Made by a program: the position numbers and the translations under genes. Shown piece by piece: positions 11,925 to 26,102 of a DNA stretch of 64,000 nucleotides. The notes below the pieces were generated by a model. The model saw nothing but the letters and a program-made list of their open reading frames with translations, ran no database searches and was not told the origin of the DNA. Numbering within the stretch: the stretch's first letter is position 1; every line of letters begins with the position of its first letter. This stretch comes from Adineta vaga (taxonomy: Eukaryota; Animalia; Rotifera). The stretch covers positions 1,054,001-1,118,000 of the forward strand of contig CP075493.1 in the NCBI GenBank assembly GCA_021613535.1, given 5' to 3'.

Positions 11925-12134
11925 TAATAACCTTTTTTTATTTAATGAATGCGTTTTGATTGAAATTCATTTTTCGAATCCTTTTTCCATCGACTAATAT
12001 AATTGATGATCTTAATGTTCTTAAATGCGGTTCTATTTTATCTAAGAGAAAGAAATTTAGACATTAATATATACCTCTCTTTCAGAAAACTCGTAAGAAA
12101 TGTTAATTTCATTGTAGAATCTATGAAGCTATGA

Positions 12135-15100
12135 ATGAAGTTAATTCTATTCATATGTTGTCTAATTCTTGATATGCAAACATATATTCTTTTATACGAC
12201 ACTAATGTTGCTCTATCTGCACAGTATGGCTTTTGTATTTATTGGAAGAAGGATGTGATCATGAAATATTGTATACGAGGAAATATCCAAGGTATATATG
12301 TTAACAATGAGTGTCTTAATGAAGGTGAAAAGTGACTTCACGAAGCAACAACATTTGAAGATGCTATTAAATCTCAATTCAAGCAGAAAGAAACTGATCA
12401 TATGGGGAATGCAATGATTTGGAGATATTTGAATGTGATTATGGACTTCTTTGTTTAGATTGGCGCGATATTTGTAATGGTGAACAACAATGTATGGATG
12501 AAACTGATGAGAAATCGTTTGAATTTCCATTATTTTGCCCGTATGTACCAGGTTCTATTGAATGTGGTCATGTGGTGATGGATATTCTCGATTAAAATAT
12601 TAAAAAAATAGAAAGGACTATTGTGAGAATATGTGCGGAAATTTATCTATTTAATTCAATGTGCGTTGTCGCAGGGATTCGATCGTGATTGTCCTTGTAA
12701 TCATAAAAACTGTTCGTTACTAATGGCTATAAGATATGCAAAGATGATCTATCTGTATTGATATCATAATGGTTGTCATATACGACCATACATTAGTCTT
12801 TTTTATCAATGGAATCGAACTTATAGGCTAATGACGAGTCTGACGAGATATTCTTAGATGGAAGTATCAAATGTCGAGGTTTCTACGGAAAGACTAAGAG
12901 TAAAATACGTTTTTCCTCAGATGACTGGAAAAGATTGAACGAATTTCCTATTGTCGACTTTATTTTTTGTAATCACAAAGGAATTATCCATGATCAAGTG
13001 TTATAAAACCAATATGATACGTCATGTTGGAATGAATCTCTCACGTTTAACAAGCGACCGTATGCGTACTTTGATGTTTGTACTGAATCTCGTGAATGTA
13101 TTTCTCAATATCGCATCCATGATGGATGTCGTCTTTTAAAAGAATATATTCAACCTTATCCACAGATGAACATAACGAATTATCTGAAAGAAATATGATA
13201 TTTCCATTTCGATCATATTGTGGTACATTTTGGAATTTACCATTACATTCTGATGAATTGAATCAACATTGCAGGGATTGCCCATGTCCATACAATCAAT
13301 ATAAATGTCAAACAGGTCAATGCATTGAATTTGATTGGCTTTGTGATAGAGAGTAGGATTTTCTTGATGCTTCAGATGAATGAGCTGCACATCTTATAAT
13401 TACAGACGATTACATCATAACATATATTTACCAAATTTTGATATAAAGCTAAAAGAATTTCCTTGTCTTCTAGCCAACGTAAAGAATCTTTTAGACATTG
13501 AATTAAACCATCCCTGTATCAATCTGATACAAATCGTAGACGAAAGAGAAGATTGTCATGCTGGACTCGATGAAAGAAACACGTTAGAGAGTTGCGATCG
13601 AACAATGCTTGGCTTTTCTTATCAATGTACAAATACGAAATGTTCACATCATGATCAACATTGTGTAGAAACGATCGACTCATGTGTAGATGAAATCTTA
13701 TGTCATTATATAAGTCAAAATGAGTCTTGTGTCAGTGAGGAAAACGTTGTATATTTTGATGGATCATGTCGAAGAAATGCTCGTTGTGATGAGAGTTTTG
13801 ACTGTGCGTATGGATAGGATGAATATTGGTGTCTAGGAGGTCTCGAATCTATCTGGTCCAAATATAGAAATAATAAACGAACCCAAAAAATATTACAAAA
13901 ACTATATTGGTCAATTTTTCCAACGCGCACTCGACTTTTATCAGAAGATTTCAATAAAACTAATAGTTCACAAGTATCTCAACCATTCTCGTCAACTGTC
14001 AATAAACTTCGAACTCCTACACTACATTCACATTCTTATATTATATGTAACCGAGGTGTTGCCATACGCTATACAACGAAACCAAATGAAATCTGTTTAT
14101 GCCCACTATCTTACTATGGACGATGGTGTGAATATTTTAGTGATCGTTTAATCGTGATCACTTATCTTGATTTAACTTCACTTTATTATCTGGAGTATGC
14201 AATTGATTCTCATGAATTTGACGTGAACGGTTATCTTGAAATTGAAAATTTTGTTAAACATCGATTCTATCCATTATATCCAACGTCTGACAAAATGAAA
14301 GCACTGAAAAAAAGACGTTATTTGAATCGTACGGATATCGTTAATAATCATCCATATTCGATCGAATTTGTTATTTATCATCTGACTTCTGATGCTCCTT
14401 TTCAATTTGGATCATGAATATATTCGATTTATTTCGATTTTCTACTTGCCTTTCGGCTAACGTCTATTCTTAAATTTCTCATATGGTATGGTAGTTCAAG
14501 TATGAATCCGTGCAAGAACAATACAACTTGTCCTCCAAATGCAATATGCACTACCGTTTTTAACTAATCACAACTATACTCATTTTCGATATTCATGTCA
14601 AAGTGGTTTTTATGGTAAAGACTATCAGATTTTTCGAACAGATTGTTCGCCGTATTGCTCTAAAGGTACATTCTGTAAACCCAAACTTGAAAGCGAACTT
14701 ATCAAACCATCTGTTCCTCTATATATTTGTCCCAACATTTTTCATGGAGATTATTGCGAGAAGTATAAGTCCGTTATCAAAATCAAGATTAATCTTACAC
14801 AATCTCTCTCAACTTCTGTTGTTCAATTTTATGATGTAAATCTTTATAATTTAAAACTCCTCATTTAAGATCAACAATTATTCAATAGATTACCTAATTC
14901 TATACATTACTATCACACGAAACAATTAGCATCATCATTTGCTCTTATGAAATTACATAATCTTTCATCAATATCGACCTATTATATTCTTTATATTCAA
15001 GAAAATGTTTCTATAATATCAATATTTTTTCAACACCTAAACATTGTCCACATGTTGTGTCATCACGTTTGATTGACAAAAGTCAATATAGAAAATTTTC

Positions 15101-15400
15101 AGTTGTAATCTTTATTTATTTTTTCATGTTGATTGTTTCAATCATGATTCATCAATTGACCGATGTGTAGTTATTGTTTTCATTATTCTTTGTCTTATGC
15201 ATATACCTGATTTAATCTATACAACCATCAATCTTGACCAATGTATAGTTTCTCTTTATAATCGTATCAATACGCTTTTACCTCATCTTGGTCCATACAT
15301 CATTCAAACACTGGCAAGTACGATTTTAATTGGTATAGACAAACATTTCTTCAAATGTTTAAACATATGTTTAATACAAAAAAAGAATTGTATATAACAC
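12135..15400 (+). pseudogene. Degraded LDLa/EGF-repeat large receptor gene
   Basis: Scattered Cys-rich fragments (YKCQTGQCIEFDWLCD, CNRGVAI..C..SYYGRWCEY, CQSGFYGKD, CPNIFHGDYCE) broken by many stops and frameshifts. Confidence 0.8.
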
Positions 15401-15539
15401 CAATTATCGTTAATAAGATGGATTTTCAAGACTGAAGTCAATGAACACATTCCATTAACAGACATAAATTAAATATTTGAATCGATATGTCAAATAAGTT
15501 GATATAATGACTCATTTGTTGAGAAACCGTTTCCTTGAT

Positions 15540-16628
15540 TTATTTTAATAAGAGATAAAAGAAATATATGAGAATCAAATAGATTTCATTAAAATAAGTT
15601 CTCAATGCTCTTGAATCGATATCAGGATATATATTTCGTAAACATATTGATGAAAACTTCGGTCTTTGATAATAATCATTAACAAACAATATATTATTTG
15701 CACAATCACGTCCGGGAATACAATACTGAAATTTTTGTATACGAAATCCATATTTTTCTAACAACATCGTTATATTCGATATTTTGGAATTATCTTCTAC
15801 AAGAAGATAATGTATTTGAATATTCCAATTCATTGTAAGTAGAACAGCTAATTCTGCACCTTCAACATCAAGACTAAAAAAATCGATATGAGTAATTCCA
15901 ATAGCGGATAAATAAGTTCCAATTGGAGCACATGCTACTCGTTGTGTTTTATTATTATTTTTATGCCAAGCATTTTTAAAAGATTCATCCATTGTTTCAA
16001 TATCACCAGCAATAGCATTACCTTCACCCTAATAATCATTCAATCTTAAAAAACTCTATTTTGAATATACTAAATTTAAGATTACCAAAACGTGAATTTC
16101 GGTTTGTGGAAGAGAACAAATTCCATGCGGTATCTTCACAGTTTTCTTTCTATCTACACGAAGTAATTTTCTTGCATTATCAGGATGTGCTTCAATAAGT
16201 ACACCACGCCAATCGAACATTCGTTCGAAAAATAAAGTATTACTATAAGTTTCACCATCTAATGCACCTATTTCAACAAATATACCTGGATTGTCTTTGG
16301 AAAGTTTGTCTTTGAAAATCTTTTTATGTAACATAATATCTTCACCAGATTGTGAATAATAACCTGATCTACTTTGAAATTTTGATGATGGACAAGTCCA
16401 GATATGTGGATGTAAATGACGAAGATGTCTTGGATCAAATTGAGTGACGTTATTGTATGTGATATTCAAAATCTTTAATAATACAGGTTCTTCTGATGTT
16501 GCTTTTTCATTAAATGGAATTTTATTCGATGTATCAATATCATTTAGTCGATATGTCCAAATTGTATATGTGATGAAAATAATCAATGATGTTATTATCA
16601 ATAATAATGAATAATTCGAACATTTCAT
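15540..16628 (-). CDS. FkbM-family (Methyltransf_21) methyltransferase, type II membrane, 2 exons
   Basis: N-terminal TM. Motifs YSQSGED, FVEIGALDGETYSNT..FE...W.GVLIEA and IDFFSLDVEGAE. Intron 16085-16029. Confidence 0.88.
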
Positions 16629-17676
16629 TATTGAGAAATTAAACTAGAAGAAAAAAAACAGTTGGTACATTGAATTGACAGACGATTTTTAATTTTAAAA
16701 AAAGGCTTTATCGTTGATGGAACACATTCTTCAATTGTCTTTTATGTCACATATCGTTTTCCTGTAAAGAACACGTTTTGTAACTCATCCATCAGAGAGG
16801 AGGAAAGAAAACGACAATGAAGATAAGAAGTTCGAAGCAAGATATCAAACTAATAAAGGCAAGAAGATAGGAGTATAGAAAGAAGTAAGAATAGGACAAA
16901 TATCATTGCAATAAGAGACATGAACAGTCAGCTAAATTAAATTATAAGTAAAAAAAACAACTAAAATAGACTATAATGAATAGTTCAAAGAAAATGGGGT
17001 GGGTACGATTCATTAATACTGGGTCAATACTCATCTTTATAATAGGATTGAATTTTATCACCGTATATCTATCAATAAGACGACTCTGAATGAGCTATTA
17101 TTTATTGTAATAAAACTACCCGTGTACATGTTTTTCTTTTTGTATTAAAACGTGTTCTTAGTGTAACATTCAGTGTGACCAGACGCATTAAATTAAAAAT
17201 TCAATTACGAACAATTTTTATAACGAAAATAATTGTGAAAGCAAAAACTAATATGATATTCAGTAGAAGTGAACAGAATTTTGTTATCATTAGGTTTAAC
17301 TTAATCAAAAAAAAAAATTTCTCATCCATATAGTTTAGTTTGCACTTGACTTATTCTCAACTTTTATGCGTACAAAATGAATATTTTATCTTTTTTCTTC
17401 CTTTTCTATGTGTCGACGACGTGAGTTACGTCACAGATTCTTTTTCAAAGTTGATAAGAATATCAACGTTTGTCAAAAACGCACATTATTTAATGTTATA
17501 TTGTGCAAATAAATTTACATTTATTTTATATTCCTTCCTCAACATCTCAGTGAGACTTTTTCAAATGACTACAAGAGAAGAGGAAAATGTTAAAAGGATA
17601 TGTATTTATTATAGATTCAATTTATAAATAAAGTCGAAACAACATTTTAAAAAAAAAGATCATTTTGATATAAAAC

Positions 17677-18672
17677 TTATTTCATTGTTGTTATTGTTCG
17701 TCCTGTATCTTCAAATCTAATTGATTTTCCAGTAAGTAAAACATAACATTTCAATAGAATTCTTTTCGTTTGATTTCGAAATGATGGTGATGTTGTTATA
17801 TAAATATAAAATGGTAATGCTGTATTAAAATACATCATAAATGATTGTGCCATATAATTAATAAATGTTTCAATTTGTTTTCTATCTTTAGATTTTATCC
17901 AATCATCAGTTATCATTTTATAAACAAGATAAATTGAAAATGGTAATGTACTTATAACATAAAATAAAACTTCAATTAAAACCATTTTCATTAAATCACG
18001 ATCACGTTTACGAAGAATATTTCCCGAAGAATTCTGTAAACTATTTTCTATTGTTGGTTGAACACGTGCACGCATTTTTTGTAAATTTTGCATAACTAAT
18101 AGACTAAATAATAGAATTAAAAATGGTGGTAAAATACCAGCAAAGATTAGATAATATATTGTATAAATTAAAGCATAAAGATCATCATGAATACTACATG
18201 AATGATTTTCTACGACACGTACAGCAGCAAAAAAGATCACAGCTAATGCCCAAAAGATTCCAGATAAAATAACAAGACGTTTTGCAATTTTATATTGACT
18301 AAATGCTCGAATAGTAACATTCATACTACTCAAAGCAAATCGATCAATACAAGCTAAAACTTTATATTGTCTCATGATTTGAAATGATGCATGACGGATA
18401 TAAAATTGAATTTTACAAGCAACAACTGATTCAGTACTTATATCAATATGATCCAATGAAAATATAATTGGAATTATACCAACATCAAGACAAATTAAAT
18501 TACATATTGTCATCCATAATAAATATAATGAACAAGGATTTCTACGTTGTTCTTTTTGAGCAAAAACAGCGATTGTTAACAAATTTCCAAGATTTCCAAA
18601 TGCAACATAAGTACTCATTCCATAACGAGTTAAAAGATTTTGAACTGTTGTTAAATAAGCTGTTGTAGACAT
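17677..18672 (-). CDS. Orphan rhodopsin-like 7TM GPCR
   Basis: 331 aa with seven hydrophobic segments, GN in TM1, ACIDRF, and PFYIY...SPSFR. Confidence 0.88.
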   Translation of the reverse strand: MSTTAYLTTVQNLLTRYGMSTYVAFGNLGNLLTIAVFAQKEQRRNPCSLYLLWMTICNLICLDVGIIPIIFSLDHIDISTESVVACKIQFYIRHASFQIMRQYKVLACIDRFALSSMNVTIRAFSQYKIAKRLVILSGIFWALAVIFFAAVRVVENHSCSIHDDLYALIYTIYYLIFAGILPPFLILLFSLLVMQNLQKMRARVQPTIENSLQNSSGNILRKRDRDLMKMVLIEVLFYVISTLPFSIYLVYKMITDDWIKSKDRKQIETFINYMAQSFMMYFNTALPFYIYITTSPSFRNQTKRILLKCYVLLTGKSIRFEDTGRTITTMK

Positions 18673-19561
18673 TCTTTTTTTCTAACAAAAGACGATTTAT
18701 TATTTTGCTTTTATATATATATATGATTGTCTCAATGGAAGATATTTATCTTCTTAATTATGAAAATTATTCATGTAGAAGATCATAGTAGGATGTTACC
18801 TACATAAAATGAACAAAATATTACAAATAGATCGAAGAAGAAAATTATTCTTTTGACATGTTGTTTATTCTTATGAATAAAACAGATAAAGAAAGTATTT
18901 GAAAAGATTTATTCATTTAAATATAATGATTTATTAGTTTAAGTGTCATTGTAATTATGTTTATGCTAATATTATAATATAATCATCTCCGAAAGAGTTA
19001 TAATCAAACTTTATGTTCTGTTTATCGAGGAAAAGAATTGCAATTCTTTTTTTTAATAGAAATTTAAAATAGATTAATTTATCATCATGTTGGTTGAAAA
19101 AGTACATCGACAATATTTTATTTTTATTTTTATCATGGTTTTAGATTCGATGAAAATTTATAATGAATTCTCTTGATTTAAATCTGAAAGGTATTATAGC
19201 ATTTCATATTCTTCTGTTATATTTAGTATAGGAAAATCGATTGATTTTTATTTTATTTGAGCAAAGTAATTGTCCGAAGTGTGTAAATCTTTCCTCGCAA
19301 TAACAGAGCTGGGACCTTGTACAATAATACGAAGAATGAAGCACCCATACATTCACACCTTAAGCTGTTGAGCAAGACGTTTATTTTGATGATAGGACTA
19401 GTTGATGTATGGTATTATTTTACGATACTGTTCGTTGTCATATTTATATTGTACCTGTTGTTCGATCTCTGTAATATTTTGAACGTTCTAAACCCTTGTT
19501 TGCAAATATCATTACAGCTAATCGATATCTCACAGTGATAGATGAACGTATAGTTTTCAGC

Positions 19562-19809
19562 GATAGTTATTTCAGTTAACAAAGACCTATTGCTCTTTAT
19601 CATCAATTCAAATCAAATGTCACTGAAGCACAAGCAAAACTTTTAATTATTGAACTTGGAGCTGGTACAACAATACCCACAGTTCGAGAAGAGAGTCAAA
19701 CTATGTCTATCAACAAACGATGGAACTACCTTTGGATGCATTAGTAGCATCAACTATGATTGATAAAGTGGTCAAAGTCAAGCTTAAAGTACGTTTTGAA
19801 ATACACTAA
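19562..19809 (+). pseudogene. C-terminal relic of a microbial-type Sir2/sirtuin
   Basis: Reads ...QFKSNVTEAQAKLLIIELGAGTTIPTVREES, matching the IE[IL]GAG..IPTVR motif of a Sir2 subclass. It is flanked by a stop and a frameshift. Confidence 0.6.
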
Positions 19810-20001
19810 CAAATGAGAATGAATCAAAATGTTTATTAACACAACAACACATATTTATTAATATTCTGATTTAATTATTGAATAAAGAAAGAATTGAATG
19901 CATATGTAATGTTTGAGTATTTAGAATGAGAATATTTTTTGAAGTTAAAATTGTTCATAAGCATAATATGAAGTAACTAATGATTATGTTGCTACGAATG
20001 A

Positions 20002-21614
20002 TTAATATAACTCAGCACTATTCAAGATAGTAGTATTCGTGTCATATCCACCAGTTGTCAAAATCCTCCCATTAGTTAGTAAAGAGGCTACAAAATTATA
20101 CCGTAAGTGTGTCATGTTTCCAGCAGATGTCCATATTCCTGTTGATGGATCAAACAAGACAATGCTATTTAAACCATCAGTGAATAGTATTTGTCCATTG
20201 GTTAAGAGAGACACTGCATTCAAATATCGTCCATCACCCATATTTCCAGCTGGTGTCCATATGTCTGTCGATGGATCATACATCTCGGCACTATTTGGAG
20301 AAAGACCAAAAACCGCTCTATCTACCACCAGCACTGTTCCATTAGAGAGGACACATGCCAAGTGATCATACCGCGCACTAGTCATATTACTAACAGATGT
20401 CCACATTTCTGTCAATGGATCATATAACTCCGCACTATTTAGAGTACTATTAGTATCATATCCACCAGTCACTAATACTTTTCCATCTCTTAATACAGAT
20501 GCAGCATGTTGACCTCGTTTATTCGTCATATTTCCAGTCGATGTCCAATTATTTGTTGACGGATCATATAACTCAGCGGTATTTAAAATACTACCTAGAC
20601 TATATCCACCAGTTACTAATACTTTTCCATTGTTTAATATAGATACTGTGTGGTAATATCGTTCAGAATTCATGCTACCCGTAAGTGCCCACCTTCCTGT
20701 CGAGATGTCATACAACTCAGCACGATAGAACGAACCACTAACTACTAGTACATTTCCATTATATAAAGCAGATGCTGTATGCGAATATCGTACATAAGTC
20801 ATGTTACCAGTAGGTGTCCAAATGCCTGTTGAGGGATCATATAATTCAGCGCTATTCAAAACACCGCTGGAATTCACACCACCAGCCACTAGCACTTTTC
20901 CATCAGTTAACACAGATGCACTATGCCAGGATCGTGCAGTAGTCATGCTACCAGTTGTAAACCATTCTACAAGTAATATCACAACTGTTATCTTTCCTAT
21001 AGTGATTTAAAAGACTAGAAAAAATCAGATGTGCAGTTTTTGTTCTCCTAGATTTAGAAACTAAATATCGGCCACAGTCTATTTTTCGATTTTCTGTCGA
21101 CTTTAACTGGTTTTATATAGGATTCAACCTCATGTAATACTTGGTTACCTCTTCGACAAAAACGTGTTGCCATCAATGGCAAACATACAGTTTGTGGTGA
21201 ACAACAAGAGTTTACAATGCATATTGATTGACTTGATGCGCAAGTATGGGTAATGTTATCACATGATTCTAAAATCGAACACTGGATGGCAGGTGCACAA
21301 TAACTGACATTATTCAATGTACGATAATCGAAACAAGGAGTGGACGATAGGCGACAAGTAGCACTATTCGATGAACTTATATTACATTGTTGTAAAGAAC
21401 AACTTAATATTGGATTCGAAGCAGAATGCGACGACGAAGTTGATGTAAATTGTACACTCACACCGTTTTCATTACATGAATAACGTGGTGCTTGAGTAGT
21501 TTGGCCTAAATAGATCGCATTGTAAGAATACAGATTGAAAAAGAAGTGACTGTGCTAACCTGATACAGATGAACAGAGAAAAATGAAAGATAAGAAAGTT
21601 GTTTTCCACATCAT
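20002..21614 (-). CDS. Secreted protein with Cys-rich N-terminal domain and Kelch/galactose-oxidase-type beta-propeller, 3 exons
   Basis: Exon 1 21614-21560 is a signal peptide (MMWKTTFLSFIFLCSSVS). Exon 2 21505-21149 is Cys-rich. Exon 3 from ~20966 carries ~7 repeats of R..H.AS.L.NGKVLVTGG...SAELYDP.T..W. Confidence 0.85.
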
Positions 21615-21959
21615 TTACTATTTTATAAATGAATTGAGTAGTCTTCTATGACAGCAATGATTTATTCGATTAAAATGTTTGTTTTACAGGTATCGAATAA
21701 AGGCAACACTTATATCTTTGTGCTTTTAATTTTATTCACCTTTTTTTTTAGCAAAAATGAATGAATTTTTCATTTTTCACGGCATCGATGATTTTTTCTT
21801 TAGAATTGATAAAAATCATTATAAAAGTTCGCTTCATTTCATATTCTTTTTTATACATATGGCAATTGTGAAGCAAACATCATAAAAAATAATAATTGAT
21901 CAGTCTGTTGAAGTTGTATCTCTATTTGATTTAAAATACAAAATCGTGGCCATCACCGA

Positions 21960-24620
21960 ATTTTACGTAGCAATTATCTATATTCTTCAATTAGGACATT
22001 AAATATTAAAAAGAACAATCTGTTTTACTTGATGAAGATCTTGTTTTACATCCACCATTGATGCATTCTCTTCACCATTATCTCCTAACGAACAAAGATC
22101 ATAACTAATCAAATCAATACATATTTGATGAAGTCATGTTTTCCTTTTTCTCTTATGTTTACATCTATTGAGCATAACTATAAGTTGCCGCATTTTCGAA
22201 CAAATGAATAACGTTGATAACGCCAATAGAATTCTGTAGTTTGTTAAACTTTACCAATACCATCACTAAACGATTTGAGATGAAAACTAACGTAACTCGT
22301 GAATGAGATTTGTTCGTAAGAGATTAATGACTGGAAAGCAAATCCTGGCTGTTGTAAGAATATCATCATTATCTTTCGAGTTAAATTGTAGACTTATATT
22401 CAAATGGAACAAGAAGTAATGTAAAATTGTAAATAGTTTCACTATCCACCCATGTATCACTGATGTGGATGATACTGATAATTCCAACACTTGTGTTTTG
22501 TATTCGTAGAAAGCCTTTCAAAAGAAATCATTTCCGATTACGTCTCGAATTTCTTCACATAACTAAATAGTAGTAACGATGCCAATACTTTAGATAAGAC
22601 CATTTTCCCAAAGATTTCTTCATAACATAATAATTAACTTCTTCGGACGATAAACTAATTTTTCAAACAATTCCCATAACATTCACTGTGCATCTAATTA
22701 TCAAATAAATTCTACTCACGTTAAGTTGATATTTCCTCCCTAAAATAATCGATAACAATGAATAAAATTTGAAAATAGAAACCTACTGTTATTGTATGTC
22801 TCTCTTCCTATTGCTAATTCATCACAAACGGTGCAGGTAGGCCAAATAATATCGTTGAAAATGAAAGAAAAAGATTTTGTTACAAATTGACTATATTAAA
22901 CCAAATTCAAAGCTTGATCAAAACAAGTAGTTTGCAAAACTTTTTCATTCATACTGGAAATCGCTACCTGCATTCATGTGACATTACCAAATAATGGAAC
23001 TTGTCGTAAAAGTAATTCACACGTTGTTTTCTCATTATATTCATGTCATTGATCAATACAACCTGCTGAATGGATTTGAAATTCAATTGCTTGAGATTGT
23101 AGTTGAATAAGAAAGACAATGCTCATTTCTGGCATATCTCTAAAAAATGCCCAAAGAAATAAATCCCGTAACATTTGATCTTTCGTATATTCGAGGATGG
23201 GTGTTAGTCGACATTGAGACTTCCAATTAATCAAGAGAATATTCTTCCGAATTCCGATGGCTATGTGATTATCGGAACTTTAGGGAGATGAATGATCGAT
23301 CAAACCAACGAATGGTCCAACTAATCTTTGCAATTTTCGAGTTAATTGTTTCTTCGCATTAGATAAATTTCTACCGATTAGTATAGAAATACGATTCTTT
23401 TGATACTTTAATAAAAATAAAGATGATAGTGAAGTGTGCAAAAAGTGAGGTTTTATACTTACTTCATTCATTAATTGATGGCTGTTATTATGAAGATCCC
23501 ATACCATGTGTTCACATTAAGAAGTATCATCTATTTTTCCTAATTCATGTGGATCAAAATCTGCACTAAGAAAGAATTCGATAAATGTTGGACGATTATT
23601 TTCTAAACAATTTTTCTTCATGCTTTGCGTGTTCCTAAAATCACGAAAGATATATTGAACTATCAGTTCTCTTCTTTACGTCAATGAAATTGATGCCCAC
23701 AGTTAACATTTCATCTTGCCATCTTTCTTAAATAAGTTTCGCACCATCAATATGTTTCACTTGCTTGAGTAAGGTATTGACTTCCCTAATGATATAACGA
23801 GGAAAATACGTATCAAAAGCAGTTCGAATTTCTCTGTCCATTGAATTCCTATGAGAAAGATATAAAAGAAATTTTGAAGTGTATATCCATTTATTAATAA
23901 TGTTCATTTCATGTATCGTTTAAAGTTAAATCAAATATAATGGCATCAACATATCTGTCAATCGACCATTACCCTATCAACTTTACTTTTTTTAATAGTA
24001 AACATATACTATGACATGCTGCAGGAATTATCATTTGATTGAATTGCGCCTTTATTTTCGTTTCGTCGATGAATTAATTTATCTGAATAGAATTTCGTGT
24101 CTGTTGCCTTTTTTAACTGAAGACGTGCTTCTTCACTTATCGTCCTCCACATCGTTAATCCACTGCCTTCGATAAGAATCCATGCATCTAAAAACACTTT
24201 TAAAATCTCTTAACTATAGGATGAGCTTTATTTTCATAAAATACTGTTAGTGAAATCCGTTTTTCTACATTTTGTAATGCTTACGATTCTAAACAATCAC
24301 CTTCAAGAGTATGGCGACCGTTTAAACGACCACAGAGACATTTCTGTCTAAGATGATTGGATAGTTGTTTTGAATGAAGATTGTAAATGTGACATGTACG
24401 TGATCGCAGATTTCAATGATCTCGACGATTAATAATGAGTTCATTCCACGATGATGGCATACTTAATGAATCTAAAAATAGGTTTTACTATAGATTTCAT
24501 CAATAAAAACCGAAAAAAGAAACAATTATACCAAAACATACTTGTACGCTATCCATGTTAAGAAATAATCTGAAAATAGATATGTAGAAAATTATATTTA
24601 TTTTCGTTTTTTTATACTTA
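21960..24620 (-). pseudogene. Degraded TRPM-like channel gene
   Basis: Fragments KDQMLRDLFLWAFFRDMPEMSIVFLIQLQS, LLRQVPLFGNVT*MQVAISS and PTFIEFFLSADFDP with multiple stops. Limits are approximate. Confidence 0.65.
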
Positions 24621-25282
24621 TTAACCGTATTGTTTGTAGGGAATCAAATTCTTGGAATAAGTGATAACATTAATAGAGGGAAAGAGTACGAAGCAAGTTA
24701 CAGAGAACAGAGCAAGCATCAGAAATGATAGTTTAATCTGTATACATTTCTGGATGAAAGTATTCTATATAACTTCATACAAGTCGTTTCGACTTTCGAC
24801 AATATTTGATTGCCAAAAAATATCATTTACATCTACATTTAATATTGTGACATCAATTATCTAGGTAAGATGTAAGCCGTGCATAATTTCAACTTTTGCG
24901 TACTTTATGTAAAATAGAATGTTCAGTTTTAGAAAATGCTTGTGTTAAATAGTTTCACGTCCTCACTGAATATATTATATAAAAAAAAAACTGTGTCAAT
25001 GATACTTTGATGGTGTGGGTGTGGGCGTGGACAAGAATGATGAAGAAACTGTTAGATTATATAGCTCCTCCTAAAAGAAACAAACAATCTCAAATGAATA
25101 TTTCGTTTCCTTCGAATGGATTAATATATTTTTCTTTTACCGAAAGATAAATCTTCGCCTCAACGATAATCCTTTTATTCGTAATCAAACTCAAGAATAT
25201 TCAGATAATTAGTATACAATAATCTTATAACAGTATTTTCTCTATTTTCATCTCATTTTTTATTTATTTCTATTAATTTAGT

Positions 25283-25623
25283 TTGTTGATAATTCGAGTG
25301 CATTCTCAGATCTGTTCTGGCATGTCTCAATATGGTCAACGTCGAAAGAATAGTGCATGTGGTTGTTTTCATATAATAGGTGCTGACAATGGTGCAGGTA
25401 TTTGTGGTTCTCTTTGGCCGACTTGTTCTCAACTTGTGATCGTCATCCTCGATGTCATTTATTTCCTATTTGTTATTCGATATCGATGATTGATGAACGT
25501 AGTTGTCTACCAATAAAAAGTAAGAAAATAGAAACAAAAATCTCTACAAATCAACTCTATCCATTTCATTTACATACCATTAACGAATATTACAACTACA
25601 ACGACTATCAAACAATCAAGTAA
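25283..25623 (+). pseudogene. Fragment of a secreted Cys-rich protein
   Basis: QICSG...SACGCFHIIGADNGAGICGSLWPTCSQLV, then a frame change to HPRCHLFPICYSISMIDERSCLP. The Cys pattern resembles the N-terminal domain of the 20002-21614 gene. Confidence 0.5.
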
Positions 25624-26102
25624 GTTTCAAATTAATACTTCCTAACCTCGTCAAATTTGGATAGCAAGATTTTGAATGAAAAAGTTTCATGATGATAAGT
25701 AGCTATTTTCCATGTTAAACTACTTACTATTAACTTGAACTATCCATGGTATGATCTTAGTGCATCTGTATTATCCAATGGAAGAATAATCTAAACTATC
25801 TTATTTACGATTCTAAGAAAACGAAAAACAAAACAACATTTCATTCTAATTGTGATGTAAAGCGAATGAATAATGCTTTTTTTTCTTATCTATTTGTATA
25901 CTCTGATATAAACATCAACACGAAGATGTGTTTGTTGTCCTTATTTTCATTGATGTTCTATTAAAAATCGATCAACCATGTCTATTGTATAGAAGGAAAA
26001 AAAGATATATCGATATAATTGCATATATATTGATAATTTCTTTTTCAAGCATATCGGTCTTTTATATACTCGGAAAAACATTTCATATTATTATTATTTA
26101 AA

